From assembly GCF_009914755.1 (NCBI RefSeq), contig NC_060935.1: 64,000 bases of DNA; one strand, given 5' to 3'. Below, piece by piece: positions 29,126 to 42,460 of the stretch; within the stretch, counting starts at the first letter, position 1, and each line of letters starts with the position of its first letter. The position numbers and the translations under genes were made by a program. The notes beneath the pieces are model-generated. The model was not told the DNA's origin. It saw nothing but the letters and a program-made list of their open reading frames with translations, and did no database searches. This DNA comes from the human T2T-CHM13v2.0 reference genome, Homo sapiens.

Positions 29126-30793
29126 TAAAAGAACTCAGGCTTCTAAAGAGTGGGAAGAACGTGGAAAGGGGCTGGGTTGGAGACCCTAAGGGGCATCTGG
29201 TGTGGGCCTGGAGCTCAGGACTTTGCTTCACGCTGGATGTAGCAGAAGAGGAGAAAGTCCAAGAGGCCTGGATGGAAAACGCATGCATCTTGACAGGGCC
29301 TAGGCTCTTGGGGTCTACTTGATTTTTTGAAAAGACTTAATCACTTTCCAAACTTTCTGGTTTAAAATTAAATTATCGTGTTGTATTCTAGCCAGTTTTG
29401 TGTGAGAGTAGAAGGGAAGGAGAGATTTTGATCAGTATATTAAATTAATAGAGAATTCCTGCAAGTGAGATCAAGCTTCCACACCAAGTAATGTGGGAAG
29501 TAGAATGCTCCCATTTAAACACCTTTGGGGAGAAAACCCAGCTCTCCTGTCTGCTACTTACTACCTGCTCTTAGCTTTAATTCTGGCAAAGCTTACCTTC
29601 TGCCTTGTTCCCTATTCTGTTATCTAAACACCAGAAAAATTTGCAGATATTCAGCCTGTTGTAACTTGTGCCATGTCTGCTTGTCTGGATATGAGTGAGA
29701 TGGTGCTTTTACCCCCATACTATAGCCAATGGTTTGCTGTAGAGACACTAATTTGCAGTCTCCCGCTCTGTGGTTCTTGTCCTCTGTGAGTGTATGAACC
29801 TTCCTGTCTCACACGGCTCCCGGTTCCTCTGGGAGGTGTAGCAGGACAACACTTGCTGAACCCGTGGGTGTTGCATTTTGGCTTCATTTGCATTTTTTCT
29901 TCAAGGCACTCACTCTTGTGCTTTCCTTGATTGACAGAATGGCAAATATAAAATTAAATTGCTTTCATCCTTGCTTTGAAAGGTCAGAGAGATGTCAGTC
30001 TACAATAAAAGCATCTTTCCATTTAGCTTTTTTTTTCATTTTGATCCTTCATGTTAATGGCTTCAGGCCCACATAATTAATCCACTGGTTTCCAGCACCC
30101 TCTTTAGGAAAAGCTTGGTAATTGCAGGTCTAACCAGGCGGGGATGACTTAGCTTGAAAAGCTTGTGGGAGCTACAGCAACACACCTCGCCGTGTCATTG
30201 GGGTGGATGCTAGCCCGTCACCTTTCACTTCCATCCTGGAAAACTGTAAAAATAGTGACCACTTCTAATGGCCTTTTTTTTTTTTTTTAAATAATGAATA
30301 ACCTTAGAACTTTTGCATTCAGAAAAGGCAGTGAGCTACGGTAGATGAGTCTTCCTTTATCACCCCCTTAAAATCAGGTTTATTTATACCTCAGCATGAG
30401 TTTTTCAAAAAATAGCAATTTAGTTAAATAGGAATAAACTAATTCTTTATTTACCACAATAATCATTTAAGCAATTGCTTCACTAAGCAAAATCCATAAT
30501 GGTTCCCTCTGTTGCCAAGTCTGCTTTTCAGCCAGTAATTTCAGTCTTTTTTAATCCCATCTAATCTGACCAGTGGTAGAAATCAACTGACTCTTCTTTC
30601 ACTCAGCAAAACCTTACTGAACATTCGGCATTGTACAAATTAGAGTTCTTTTTTTTTTTTTTGGCTCAATATAATTAGTAGTAAGTGCCTTGTATGAAAA
30701 TCCAGTAGCTAGTGGCCATTTTTAAATAAATTGTCTCTTAATTTGGAGCACTTTCCAGATAAATTCTCATGTCAGCTGGGGGAATTATACAGT

Positions 30794-31092
30794 CTTTTTT
30801 TTTTTTTTTAAGACAGGATCTTGCTCTGTTGCCTAGGTTGGAGTGCAGTAGCACAGTCATAGCTCACTGTAGCCTAAACCTCCTGGGCTCCAGTGATCCT
30901 CCAGCCTTAGCCTCCCAGGTAGCCGTGACTGCAGGCACACAGTACTATGCCTGGCTAATTTTTGTATTTTTGGTGGAGACAGGGTTTCATCATGTTGACC
31001 AGGCTGGTCTCAAACTCCTTCGCTCAAGTGATCCTGCTGTCTCACCCTCCCAAAGTGCTGGAATTACAGGTGTGAGCCACCACGCCCAGGCT
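30794..31092 (-). mobile_element. Alu (AluJ-like)
   Basis: Diverged dimer. Confidence 0.9.
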
Positions 31093-31297
31093 GAACACGT
31101 TCTTATACTTTAGCAGTCAGTAAATATGGCGTGAGGATTAATACATTTCCCCTGACCAGTTGCTTTGCTAGACTCTGTAGAGAATATGCTTTGTAAAGTG
31201 GTTTTTCCAGAAGTTGTGTCGATGTTCCAGCTGCAAGTTCCCTCCTGGCCTAGTTGTTTTCAGTCACAACACCTCTCCACCATAACTCTGCTTCCAG

Positions 31298-31397
31298 GTG
31301 ATGACACATCTCCACGTGATTGAAGAAAGGAGGAACCAAAGCCTCTCTCTGCTCTACAAAGTACCTTATGTAGCCCAAGAAATTCAAGAGGAAATTG
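31298..31397 (+). CDS. APLP2: APLP2 exon 12 ([10 protein letters not shown]...IQEEI)
   Basis: ttccag|GTG...ATTG|gtgggt; 100 nt. Confidence 0.96.
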
Positions 31398-31769
31398 GTG
31401 GGTACCAGCTCTTTGTGTCAAGGTCATACGGGACTTCTTGCAGAGGCTCAGGAGTGAAAGCTGGGCAAGAGTAGAGAGAGATGAGCAAGCAAGGCCGGTG
31501 AAGTGGGGCATTAGCACATCCTGGCTTCAGAAGCCTGGAGTCCACTGGAGCTTTCATGGCAAGGTGAAGGAGGAACCAAGGACAGGTGCACTGGCTGTGA
31601 GCCATGGAGCCTCGGGCTTCACTGACCTTCACTCTGTTAGCGGAAGAATATCTGGGGTGTGAAATTGCAAGAGACTACGAGTTTCCTGTTCCCGTTTTCC
31701 TCCTTCGTTCTGATTATTTCAAGCACCTGATTTTATATAAATTCTCACCTCCTCCTCTCCCGGTCTTTA

Positions 31770-32600
31770 TCTTCTTCATTTATTCAACAAGTTTTATTAT
31801 GGCTGCTGCGTGCGTGTCACAGAGTAAAATGGTCCACGAGCAGATGGTACCTGCTGGAGTTGATGTGTTGATAAGAGAAAAACAGATAGTAAAACAAGAA
31901 AATAAGTGTCAGCTGGTGATAGGTGCTGTGCAGTGTGAAAACTCGGGCAGAGTGCTAGAGAGTGGCCAGTCGGGGCGGCTGCCTCTGGGGACGGTGGCCT
32001 GAGATCCGAATGGTAAGATCACAGCGGGAGAGCACGTTGGTAGCAGAGGGAGCGGCAGCTACAAAGGCCCCAGGTGGAAGTCAGGCATCACATTTGAGTA
32101 GATCAGTGTGGCTACAACATAGCAAAGGGGATGTGGCCAAAGTATGCAGGGACCAGATGAGGAAGAAATTTCAGCAAAATCAAGGAGTTTGGATTTTATT
32201 CTAGGATAATGGGAAGCCGTTAGAGGATTTTCAGCTAGGGAAAGACTAGATCTGGATTATGAATTTTTAAAAGCTCACTTGGCTGCTGTGTGTAGTCGAT
32301 TAAAATTAGAAACCAGCCAGGAAGCGATTTTAGAAATTCAGGAGAGAGCTGTTGGGAGTATGCACTGAAGGGGTGACGGGGTAGGAGAAGGAGCACCCCA
32401 GGGACAGCTGGGGATGGTCTGTAGGATGTGTTCTGGTGGGAGTGTGTGGGGCTGCGCCCAGGGCTGCGTGTGGGGTTGGGGGAGCGGCATCAAGAAGTGC
32501 ACTTAGGGTTCCACTGGGAGCAGCTCGGGGATGGTGGTACCATGGCTGACTGAGGTGGAGAAGGAAATCCGGAGCTCTCTTGATACATGTTAAGATAGAA
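31770..32600 (-). mobile_element. L2 fragment
   Basis: ttcatttattcaacaag tail; gagtttggattttattctagg...gggaagccgttagaggattt. Confidence 0.65.
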
Positions 32601-32719
32601 ATTTCTGTTGGATGTTATGTGGGGATGTAGGATTTAGGTGAGGCAGAGGTCAGGCAGTAGGTCCAGGATTCGGGCCTGGGAGTCATGGTATATGGTCAGT
32701 ATTTAAAACTGGCGTCGGG

Positions 32720-32990
32720 GAGAAGTAGGTCAGAGGGTATGAAGTGGTAGTTGTAGTTACGTGGGGTGGATACGTCTAGAGATGGGATGGACAGCATGAG
32801 GACTGTAGTTAGTAATATCGTACTATATACTAAAAATTTGCCGAGAGTAGATTTGAGGTATTCTTATTTTTAAAAAAAAGTAATTCTGGAAGGTGATGTG
32901 TGTGTTTGCTTGACTATGGAAATCATTTCATGGTGTATATGTATATCAAAGCATTATATTTTAGACCTTAAATATGTACAATTTTTTAAA
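32720..32990 (+). mobile_element. L1MA/MB 3'-end fragment
   Basis: tctagagat...acagcatgaggactgtagtt...aaatttgccgagagtagattt. Confidence 0.7.
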
Positions 32991-33231
32991 CCCCCAAAAT
33001 CTGTGGAGTTGTGGATACCACTTAACTGGAGTGTGGAGGTGGATGCAGGGGTGCCTGGGACGGCGCCCTGGGGTCCCTGGTGTTGGGGCTCTGTGGTGCC
33101 ACAGAATCAAGGAAGGTGTTTCAGGCAGGAACTGGGAGCCACAGTGGGGTCTTGGAGCTCTAGAGCATCCTGTGCCTGGACACCAGGCCCTTCTGAAGCC
33201 TGCTTTCTGTCCCCTGCCCTGTCTTCATCAG

Positions 33232-33384
33232 ATGAGCTCCTTCAGGAGCAGCGTGCAGATATGGACCAGTTCACTGCCTCAATCTCAGAGACCCCTGTGG
33301 ACGTCCGGGTGAGCTCTGAGGAGAGTGAGGAGATCCCACCGTTCCACCCCTTCCACCCCTTCCCAGCCCTACCTGAGAACGAAG
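33232..33384 (+). CDS. APLP2: APLP2 exon 13 (ELLQEQRAD...LPENE)
   Basis: catcag|AT...GAAG|gtgtgt; 153 nt. Confidence 0.96.
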
Positions 33385-33989
33385 GTGTGTATGGGCGACG
33401 GTGCCACTTCTGGGCAGCAGGGGGAGGACAAAATGAGAGAATTGAAGTCAGTTTTTCGAAAACCAAATTGAGTTGGGAGATGGTGTTCCTGCGAGAGTCA
33501 GGGGAAGGGAGACTGGATTCATTGAGCGCCTACTGTGTGCAAGGACCCTGCTAGATGCTTTCAAATCATTGGTGTCAATGTCACCATGAAGTTAAGACTA
33601 ATTCTCCCATTTCAAGATGGGTGGCTTCAAACCCCCACTTCTTCCAACTTGTGCACTTCCTTACATGGGGGAGGCACTTGGCAGTTGAAACAGCGCCTTC
33701 CTGTTATGGTGTTACCTTTGCCCAGCCGTCTTGGGAGGTAGGTGCTGGAGAGGCTGAGGAGGTGACAGGGCTGGCGTGGGTCATATCTCTGACATGAGGT
33801 GGGGATAAGAAGCTGTTCCTCTGGGTCCTAGGCAGACGTTCTTTCCTCTATTCCCCTGCTGGTTCTCAGTGTCTAAGAGGATCTCTAAAAGCTGTGAGTC
33901 TGCTCCAGAAATAAACAAGTTGCTGAGACCAGTGCCCTGAGAGCCGTCCCCCTCATCAGTTCTGTTTGTTGCTGTTGCTGCTGACAGGG

Positions 33990-34215
33990 TAATGATAAGA
34001 ATGGCCCACAGCTATGCCGTAGTCCTTGTTATATGCCAGCTTTAGCTAAGCATCTCAGCGGATGCTCTCCATCCTCACAGTAACCCTCGCAGGTGGGTAG
34101 TCGAGTGTCCCCATGTGGGGATTCTGAGGTATAAAGAGATTAAGTAACTTGCCCGAGGTCATGTAGCTTATAAGTGGAGAGTCAGGGGTCGAATCCAAGC
34201 TGATCTGGTCCTGCA
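33990..34215 (-). mobile_element. MIR
   Basis: gagattaagtaacttgcccgaggtcatgtagct core. Confidence 0.8.
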
Positions 34216-34396
34216 GTCACAGACCTGACTGGATATAGCACTGGAACAGAGGCCTCAGGAAGGCATCAAATTAGGGGTGGGGGGATGGAGGTACATCCAG
34301 CTTAGCCTTCAGACCTTAATGGAAATGCTTTCTAAACTAGCGATCCCAGAGCAGTTGACTCTCCAGAAATAAAACAGGATCTGAGGAAGTGGCAGA

Positions 34397-34500
34397 TAGA
34401 TGAAAAGGCGCCATGCCACCCGCAAATCTCCGTGGGTTTTTGGGGTGGTAGATGAAGAGGCACCATGCTATCCCCAAATCTCTGTGGGTTTGTCGGGTGG
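34397..34500. repeat. Diverged 52-bp tandem duplication
   Basis: Two units with about 8 mismatches. Confidence 0.85.
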
Positions 34501-34924
34501 CCATGCTTGGACAACTTCTTATGTGCTTGTTGGGGGTCGGGGCAGCTTGGATATACCTGAACTAGGACCTTATCTCCCTGTCAGCAAACCACAACCAACA
34601 CTTAACTTCAATTTTCACTTTTTTCTAAGAAAAATAATTATGTGGGCTAAGCTAAATAGTGCAGGCATCTCCCAGTTTCCCTAAAAAGGCACAAGACAGA
34701 CCTACTTTTTTCTCTCTTATCAAGGATACCCTCCAGTGATTTGCTGTGGCTCATACTGCTGGTTTGTTTATGGGATATTTCAGGCAGGGTGTTTTTAAGG
34801 AGGAATACTTTTTGTTCACATTATAGAGAAATTCTAAGATAGAAATTTTAAAAGAAGCCATTTTCTTTTTTAATCTCCTTTTGTGCTATTTTATTTTGTT
34901 TTTTATTGTTTTCCTTTCTGCTAG

Positions 34925-34960
34925 ACACTCAGCCGGAGTTGTACCACCCAATGAAAAAAG
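34925..34960 (+). CDS. APLP2: APLP2 exon 14, 36-nt cassette exon (DTQPELYHPMKK); skipping creates the ENEGSG chondroitin-sulfate site
   Basis: tgctag|AC...AAAG|gttggt; symmetric phase 1/1; long U-rich tract upstream. Confidence 0.95.
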
Positions 34961-35554
34961 GTTGGTTTGTCCAAGATGTTCCCTTTAAGACCTTCATTCC
35001 TCTCCACTCCCTAGTGTGTCCGAAGCTTCATGTTCTGTTTCATGCCATCACCTGGCTTTCCCCACCTCATTCCTTCTGACACGGCTGTGAGTGGGGTCAG
35101 AGCAGCCCCACCTCCATGTTGCTGACAAGCTGACCTGACTCCAGCACTCTGAGGCCAGTTTCCATGGTGTTGGTTACCTCGTGGTCATGCTAAGCTTTCC
35201 CTCTGGGATGTCAGAGAATGCACAGCAACCAAAATAGATTTCATGACCCTTTTAATCTGGGTAGATTTTTAGAAGTATATCCAACTTAGGTTGGTTGTGA
35301 ACTGCTGTCTCCGTATAAATATGCCTTATTTACAGTCAGGTGGAGAGTCGTTCTCTTTTCCCTCTTTTTCTCTGCAATTCCCATTTACATCTTTTCTTTT
35401 TGGCTCTCCTCGCCCTTTGTCTGTGCCAGTTGTCTCATGTCCCCTGAGTTGTATATTCCTCAGAACATCGGAAGCCAATGGATCAAACAGCTGGAGACAA
35501 CCCAGCTCACTGTACTGAGTCTCCAGTTTTCAAAAAGAGTTAACGTTCCGTAAA

Positions 35555-35740
35555 GCACTATGTGGAATGCTTTGCATTCTTGTCCCCATCTTAGTCCACT
35601 GAACGTCCCTGTAGGATGAGTAGTGTTTTTAGCTCTATTTTCTAGATTAGACAATTGAAGAAGTTTCTGAGATGACGTGACTTGCTCTAAGAAGTGGAGG
35701 AACCAGGATTTGAACCCAGTTCTCTGTTCCCCAAGCCCAT
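35555..35740 (-). mobile_element. MIR
   Basis: gtgacttgctctaagaagtggaggaaccaggatttgaacccag. Confidence 0.65.
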
Positions 35741-36230
35741 GTGATTTCATTACCTGAGTTGTCGGTGTCACGGGATCCCCCAGGTGGGTGGGTGGCCCAG
35801 TCATTGTGAATCATTTCAACATTTCTTGTTCATAATGTGTTGTATGAGCCCACCCTTGGCTTTGGCAGACTTCCTGTTGATGGGCCAAACGGTGTTGCCC
35901 GGCTAAGAAGGTGGTGTTCTGGTTTACGCCACAGGTTATTCTCAGAACACAAAAGTGTGATTTCAATCTTCTGAAAATGACTTCGTGTAGATGCTTTATT
36001 TTATTCTACTTGGATATGCCTGTTCGTGGGGATGACTGTGCCGACATTCCTTTCAACAGCACAACTGAGATGTTTATAGAGAAAGATGAGTTTTCTAGAA
36101 GTTTAACTGGCTTTTGCTTTTGTACTGAACTGTTATGAGTTGGGACAATTTAAACATTAACTTTGGTGTCTTGAAGTCACTTGTTTATGTTAAGAAACGT
36201 GGGGGCTATACCACCAAAAATCTATTATAA

Positions 36231-36565
<335 letters not shown>

Positions 36566-38066
36566 TGACAGTAGACCTTTAGTTTGCTCAGTGCCACATT
36601 GCTTTTTGAATAATTCCTGCCTGTGTGACCTTTAAAATTCTGGGAGAGAGAAACATATATATGGAAGGAGCTCAGAATTACAGTTGATTGGGCTTGGTCA
36701 TAAGCATCCTTGCTGAGGCAATACCCTTCCAGATCCCTCTTTCTCAAATAGTTGGAGTGCAGTATTGCTATTTCATGGGCACTTTGAGACAAAAGCTAGC
36801 TCTGATTTAACTAGAATCTAGTCGTGCAAGTCTTTAAAGTTGAAGCTTTAGAAAAATTGCATCATTTTTGGCTGCATTGCATGAGCTAGCCTGCATGTTC
36901 AGCAGCTGTGGAAGCTGTTACAAGTTGCTATGTGTTAAGAACAAGTCTAGTTGTGAGGCAGAAGCTCTGCTGTGGTTGTGCCTTGTGCCATTACCTGCCT
37001 TTGACAAGCCCAGGGACAGCAGTGCTTTGCATGTCCTCATGTTGAAGTCTCACTTGCAGGTAGTTACCTTAGAATGCCAGATACGCTGTCGGGTTGATCC
37101 AGTTATAAAAGGCTCATATCACAGACGTTTATATTGAACTGTATGTTATTATGAATAAGGAATTCTTATGATAGCTAGAAATCACATGCTTTGGAACTAA
37201 AAATAGAGGACTTCCTCTCACGTTCCCTCCCTGGGCCTGTGCTGCGTCGTCGTGCTGCGTATTTGGATACTATCCTTCGGAGCGCCACACTCGAGTGATG
37301 TTGCTCAGGCAGTGTCTGACCTTGGTGAGAGGAGAGTTGCTGTTCTTGCTGCTCTGTTTAGAGAAAGGTGCCTTCCATGCTGATATTAGAATGCTTCCTA
37401 TAGGTGGAATGCACGCTTCCTGTTTATCTTCTAATAGCCACTTAGGATATGAGCATCTAGGATCTCGGCACAGAGGGATTCAGCGTGGTGGGAGATGCGG
37501 GAAGAAATCCGTAATGACAGACTGTTGTCATTACTGTTGGAACCTCCCCAGGACCAACTGAAACTTGAAGGGAAAATAAGAGTTTAGGTTGGGGAGGGTA
37601 TTTGAGGCAGAATGAATTCCCTGTGGGCTAACCTACTATGTCCAAGGCAAACGTGCAGGTTATTGTGAGGATGGGTGCTGTGGCAGCCGGGTGTGGGTAG
37701 TAGGTGCTCAGTAATTTCTCCTACGATGGTGTGTATTTCCCATGCTAGGATGCCCCTCGGCTCCGCTTCTATGTGTCTTACAATAAACATTTTCTCTGAA
37801 GGCTTGCATTTCATTTTCCCAAGTTGGAGACAAGTAAGCACTCCCTCCTCCTCCATTATACCCATTGGTCTCTGCAAATGCCTGTCTCATTCATCTTTAG
37901 AGAGCACAGGGCACCCTCAGACTTGTGAACATGGTGGCAGATGAGTCGCGTGGGGAGGTGCGTGTTGAGGGGCTCACTGGCCCTCAGGAGGGAGTTTGCT
38001 GCTTCTGTGCAATGGGTGTGAGATGGGCCATCCTTGGGAACTCAGCCATGATCTCTCTCCACACAG

Positions 38067-38152
38067 GATCTGGAGTGGGAGAGCAGGATGGGGGACTGAT
38101 CGGTGCCGAAGAGAAAGTGATTAACAGTAAGAATAAAGTGGATGAAAACATG
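38067..38152 (+). CDS. APLP2: APLP2 exon 15 ([10 protein letters not shown]...VDENM)
   Basis: acacag|GA...ATG|gtgagc; 86 nt. Confidence 0.96.
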
Positions 38153-38518
38153 GTGAGCCTGTTCTTTCTTCTGCCCAACACGCTTTACTTTTGAGACTCA
38201 TTAGAGCGAGTGACCTGATGTCAGATGCTTCCAGGTGCACGTCTCTGTGTTCGTTTTCCGCACAGTAGAAGGTTGGAGGGCTCCAACGGCTCCCACAGAC
38301 TGGCTGTGGTGTTTAGCATCTGGGTATGAAAAGGATTAAAAAGCCCTTTTCAGCAGTAGCTCATCTCTTGCTATAGAGTAGGAAAATATATTTACAACTA
38401 AAGATATGAATAACCTGTTAGAGGCCATTTTCAAGTGAGTAGAGAGTTAATAACTTGGATTAGAGTTGGGTTTTGTTCTTATACTGCCTTAGGTTTATAC
38501 CCCCTTTTATTCACCTAG

Positions 38519-38872
<354 letters not shown>

Positions 38873-39166
38873 TGTAAACGGGGCTTTTTGGCAGTCTGTT
38901 CTGAGATACGTCTCCACAACGGTTACTTGAAGGAAAATGCATACGGGACCAGCTGCCATAATATAGTCTTCCCTCCATACCTGCCCCTTCATTAGGGGTT
39001 TGGGGAGTGGATTTGGAAGGCTGTGACAGAACTGGTTGGTTAATGGGGGTCCCACAGGTACCTGCTTCCTTCCATCAAGCAGCAGGTAGCAGAGGAAGGA
39101 GGCAGTAAATACCAAACTCCCCGTTCACCCAGTTGCTTGCTGCCGACATTCTCATGACTGTTTCAG

Positions 39167-39241
39167 GTCATTGACGAGACTCTGGATGTTAAGGAAATGA
39201 TTTTCAATGCCGAGAGAGTTGGAGGCCTCGAGGAAGAGCGG
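39167..39241 (+). CDS. APLP2: APLP2 exon 16 (VIDETLD...LEEER)
   Basis: tttcag|GTC...CGG|gtacgt; 75 nt. Confidence 0.96.
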
Positions 39242-39587
39242 GTACGTGTTTAGCTCCAGAACCTAAGGTTTCCTGCCAATCTTAGGTATTTCTCCTCTGG
39301 ACCTTCTCAGTTCAAGTAGAAAACGGGAGAGATGCCTGAGCTAATAAGGGTCCCTCATCCCCAGCTTTCCGTACTTTTGGATAAGAAAGCTAAAATTAAA
39401 ATCTCCATGGAGATTGGGAAGAGTGGGCGTTCTCCACCTGTGGGTGGTTCCCTGCAAAGCAGGATCTTGGTGCTACTTTGGGTTTTAGGGGCTCGACCTT
39501 CCAGGAGCGTGGCCCTCAGTGAGTTACTTGCCTCACGGCTGCCAGATGGTCACTGGGACTTTTTTCCACGTCTGCTTTATTACGTAG

Positions 39588-39743
39588 GAATCCGTGGGCC
39601 CACTGCGGGAGGACTTCAGTCTGAGTAGCAGTGCTCTCATTGGCCTGCTGGTCATCGCAGTGGCCATTGCCACGGTCATCGTCATCAGCCTGGTGATGCT
39701 GAGGAAGAGGCAGTATGGCACCATCAGCCACGGGATCGTGGAG
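39588..39743 (+). CDS. APLP2: APLP2 exon 17 (transmembrane helix [28 protein letters not shown])
   Basis: acgtag|GAA...GAG|gtgagg; 156 nt, ends in phase 0. Confidence 0.97.
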
Positions 39744-40193
39744 GTGAGGAGCTGGGCTGCTGAGGGCCTGCTCTGCACTGTGGGCTGGGTTGGGGGTGGG
39801 AACCTGTGGAATTAATAGGCATCTTCACTCCTCGAGTACTGGACATGCTGCTGTTATCAGTTCAGTTACTCACTGGATTCCTAGGTCGTGTTTTTGGAAA
39901 TCAGCCCCTGCCACAAGGGGCTGTTGCCAACTTTCAACATTAGTTTGGGCCTTGGCTATGAATGTCAGAAAGTCATGTGAACATTTTATGCTACAGAGGG
40001 TGAAAACTCTTTTCTCAGATTATTTCCTTAGTGTTCCTTTTTCCAGGTATTTTTTTTTTTAATGGGGGAAAGGAGCAACAGGAAATTTAGAAAGTGCTGA
40101 AGCAGACTGTTTCTGTTCTGTCTTCTGCTGGTTACTGAACTTGTCTTGCCACTCACTCCTTAGTGAACAGTGGGAATGTCCAGAGTCCCTTGA

Positions 40194-40581
<388 letters not shown>

Positions 40582-41015
40582 AGTTACTTGGTTTTATCTC
40601 CTGCTGGAGACTGGCCTAGCTGTAGAATTTCAGAACTGAAAAAGACCAGAGATCCCCTGGTCCCACCGTCTGCTTGCTAGCCTACTGCTGACTGGCTTGC
40701 CTTGGCTGGCCCAGGTAGTAAGCAGTGGCGCCGAGCCTTGCTTGTCACCACGGTGCTAGGAAATCCAGTTGACTGTCATCTTCCGTGAGGGCTAAGCTTT
40801 CAGGGCTCTCGTTTCGAAAGCATTGCCTCTTTGATCCCCTTATTTTCTTTCTCCTGTGTTTCACCACCGGTTCTCATTTGGCCTGTCCGGTGGGAACGGG
40901 CTGCTGGCTGCATTTGGTCCTCAGGGGATTGTGCAGCAAATGGCTCAGGTCTCCCAGCACCCTGTGCAGGTCTCTTCCCAGACACCACAATGACCCTCAG
41001 GTTTTGTTCTTCCAG

Positions 41016-41117
41016 GTTGATCCAATGCTCACCCCAGAAGAGCGTCACCTGAACAAGATGCAGAACCATGGCTATGAGAACCCCACCTACAAATACCTGG
41101 AGCAGATGCAGATTTAG
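41016..41117 (+). CDS. APLP2: APLP2 exon 18 coding part (cytoplasmic tail, GYENPTY motif, stop TAG)
   Basis: ttccag|GTT...ATT TAG; translation [33 protein letters not shown]. Confidence 0.98.
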   Translation, partial: VDPMLTPEERHLNKMQNHGYENPTYKYLEQMQI

Positions 41118-41442
41118 GTGGCAGGGAGCGCGGCAGCCCTGGCGGAGGGATGCAGGTGGGCCGGAAGATCCCACGATTCCGATCGACTGCCAAGCAGCAG
41201 CCGCTGCCAGGGGCTGCGTCTGACATCCTGACCTCCTGGACTGTAGGACTATATAAAGTACTACTGTAGAACTGCAATTTCCATTCTTTTAAATGGGTGA
41301 AAAATGGTAATATAACAATATATGATATATAAACCTTAAATGAAAAAAATGATCTATTGCAGATATTTGATGTAGTTTTCTTTTTTAAATTAATCAGAAA
41401 CCCCACTTCCATTGTATTGTCTGACACATGCTCTCAATATAT

Positions 41443-41448
41443 AATAAA
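41443..41448 (+). terminator. APLP2: Proximal polyadenylation signal AATAAA
   Basis: AATAAA with upstream TGTA (41413) and downstream GU-rich element (41487-41510). Confidence 0.65.
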
Positions 41449-42454
41449 TGGGAAATGTCGATTTTCAATAATAGACTTATATGCAGGCTGTCGTTCCGGT
41501 TATGTTGTGTAAGTCAACTCTTCAGCCTCATTCACTGTCCTGGCTTTTATTTAAAGAAAAAAAAGGCAGTATTCCCTTTTTAAATGAGCTTTCAGGAAGT
41601 TGCTGAGAAATGGGGTGGAATAGGGAACTGTAATGGCCACTGAAGCACGTGAGAGACCCTCGCAAAATGATGTGAAAGGACCAGTTTCTTGAAGTCCAGT
41701 GTTTCCACGGCTGGATACCTGTGTGTCTCCATAAAAGTCCTGTCACCAAGGACGTTAAAGGCATTTTATTCCAGCGTCTTCTAGAGAGCTTAGTGTATAC
41801 AGATGAGGGTGTCCGCTGCTGCTTTCCTTCGGAATCCAGTGCTTCCACAGAGATTAGCCTGTAGCTTATATTTGACATTCTTCACTGTCTGTTGTTTACC
41901 TACCGTAGCTTTTTACCGTTCACTTCCCCTTCCAACTATGTCCAGATGTGCAGGCTCCTCCTCTCTGGACTTTCTCCAAAGGCACTGACCCTCGGCCTCT
42001 ACTTTGTCCCCTCACCTCCACCCCCTCCTGTCACCGGCCTTGTGACATTCACTCAGAGAAGACCACACCAAGGAGGCGGCCGCTGGCCCAGGAGAGAACA
42101 CGGGGAGGTTTGTTTGTGTGAAAGGAAAGTAGTCCAGGCTGTCCCTGAAACTGAGTCTGTGGACACTGTGGAAAGCTTTGAACAATTGTGTTTTCGTCAC
42201 AGGAGTCTTTGTAATGCTTGTACAGTTGATGTCGATGCTCACTGCTTCTGCTTTTTCTTTCTTTTTATTTTAAATCTGAAGGTTCTGGTAACCTGTGGTG
42301 TATTTTTATTTTCCTGTGACTGTTTTTGTTTTGTTTTTTTCCTTTTTCCTCCCCTTTGACCCTATTCATGTCTCTACCCACTATGCACAGATTAAACTTC
42401 ACCTACAAACTCCTTAATATGATCTGTGGAGAATGTACACAGTTTAAACACATC

Positions 42455-42460
42455 AATAAA
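42455..42460 (+). terminator. APLP2: Distal polyadenylation signal AATAAA
   Basis: AATAAA preceded by TGTA (42434), ATTAAA (42391) and U-rich tracts. Confidence 0.8.

Noticed and set aside
30136-30155. GC box plus ARE-like TGACTTAGC in intron 11
   Set aside because: Short motif expected by chance in 64 kb
32898-33554. 218-aa ORF
   Set aside because: Chance open frame around APLP2 exon 13; the upstream part is L1M or intron sequence
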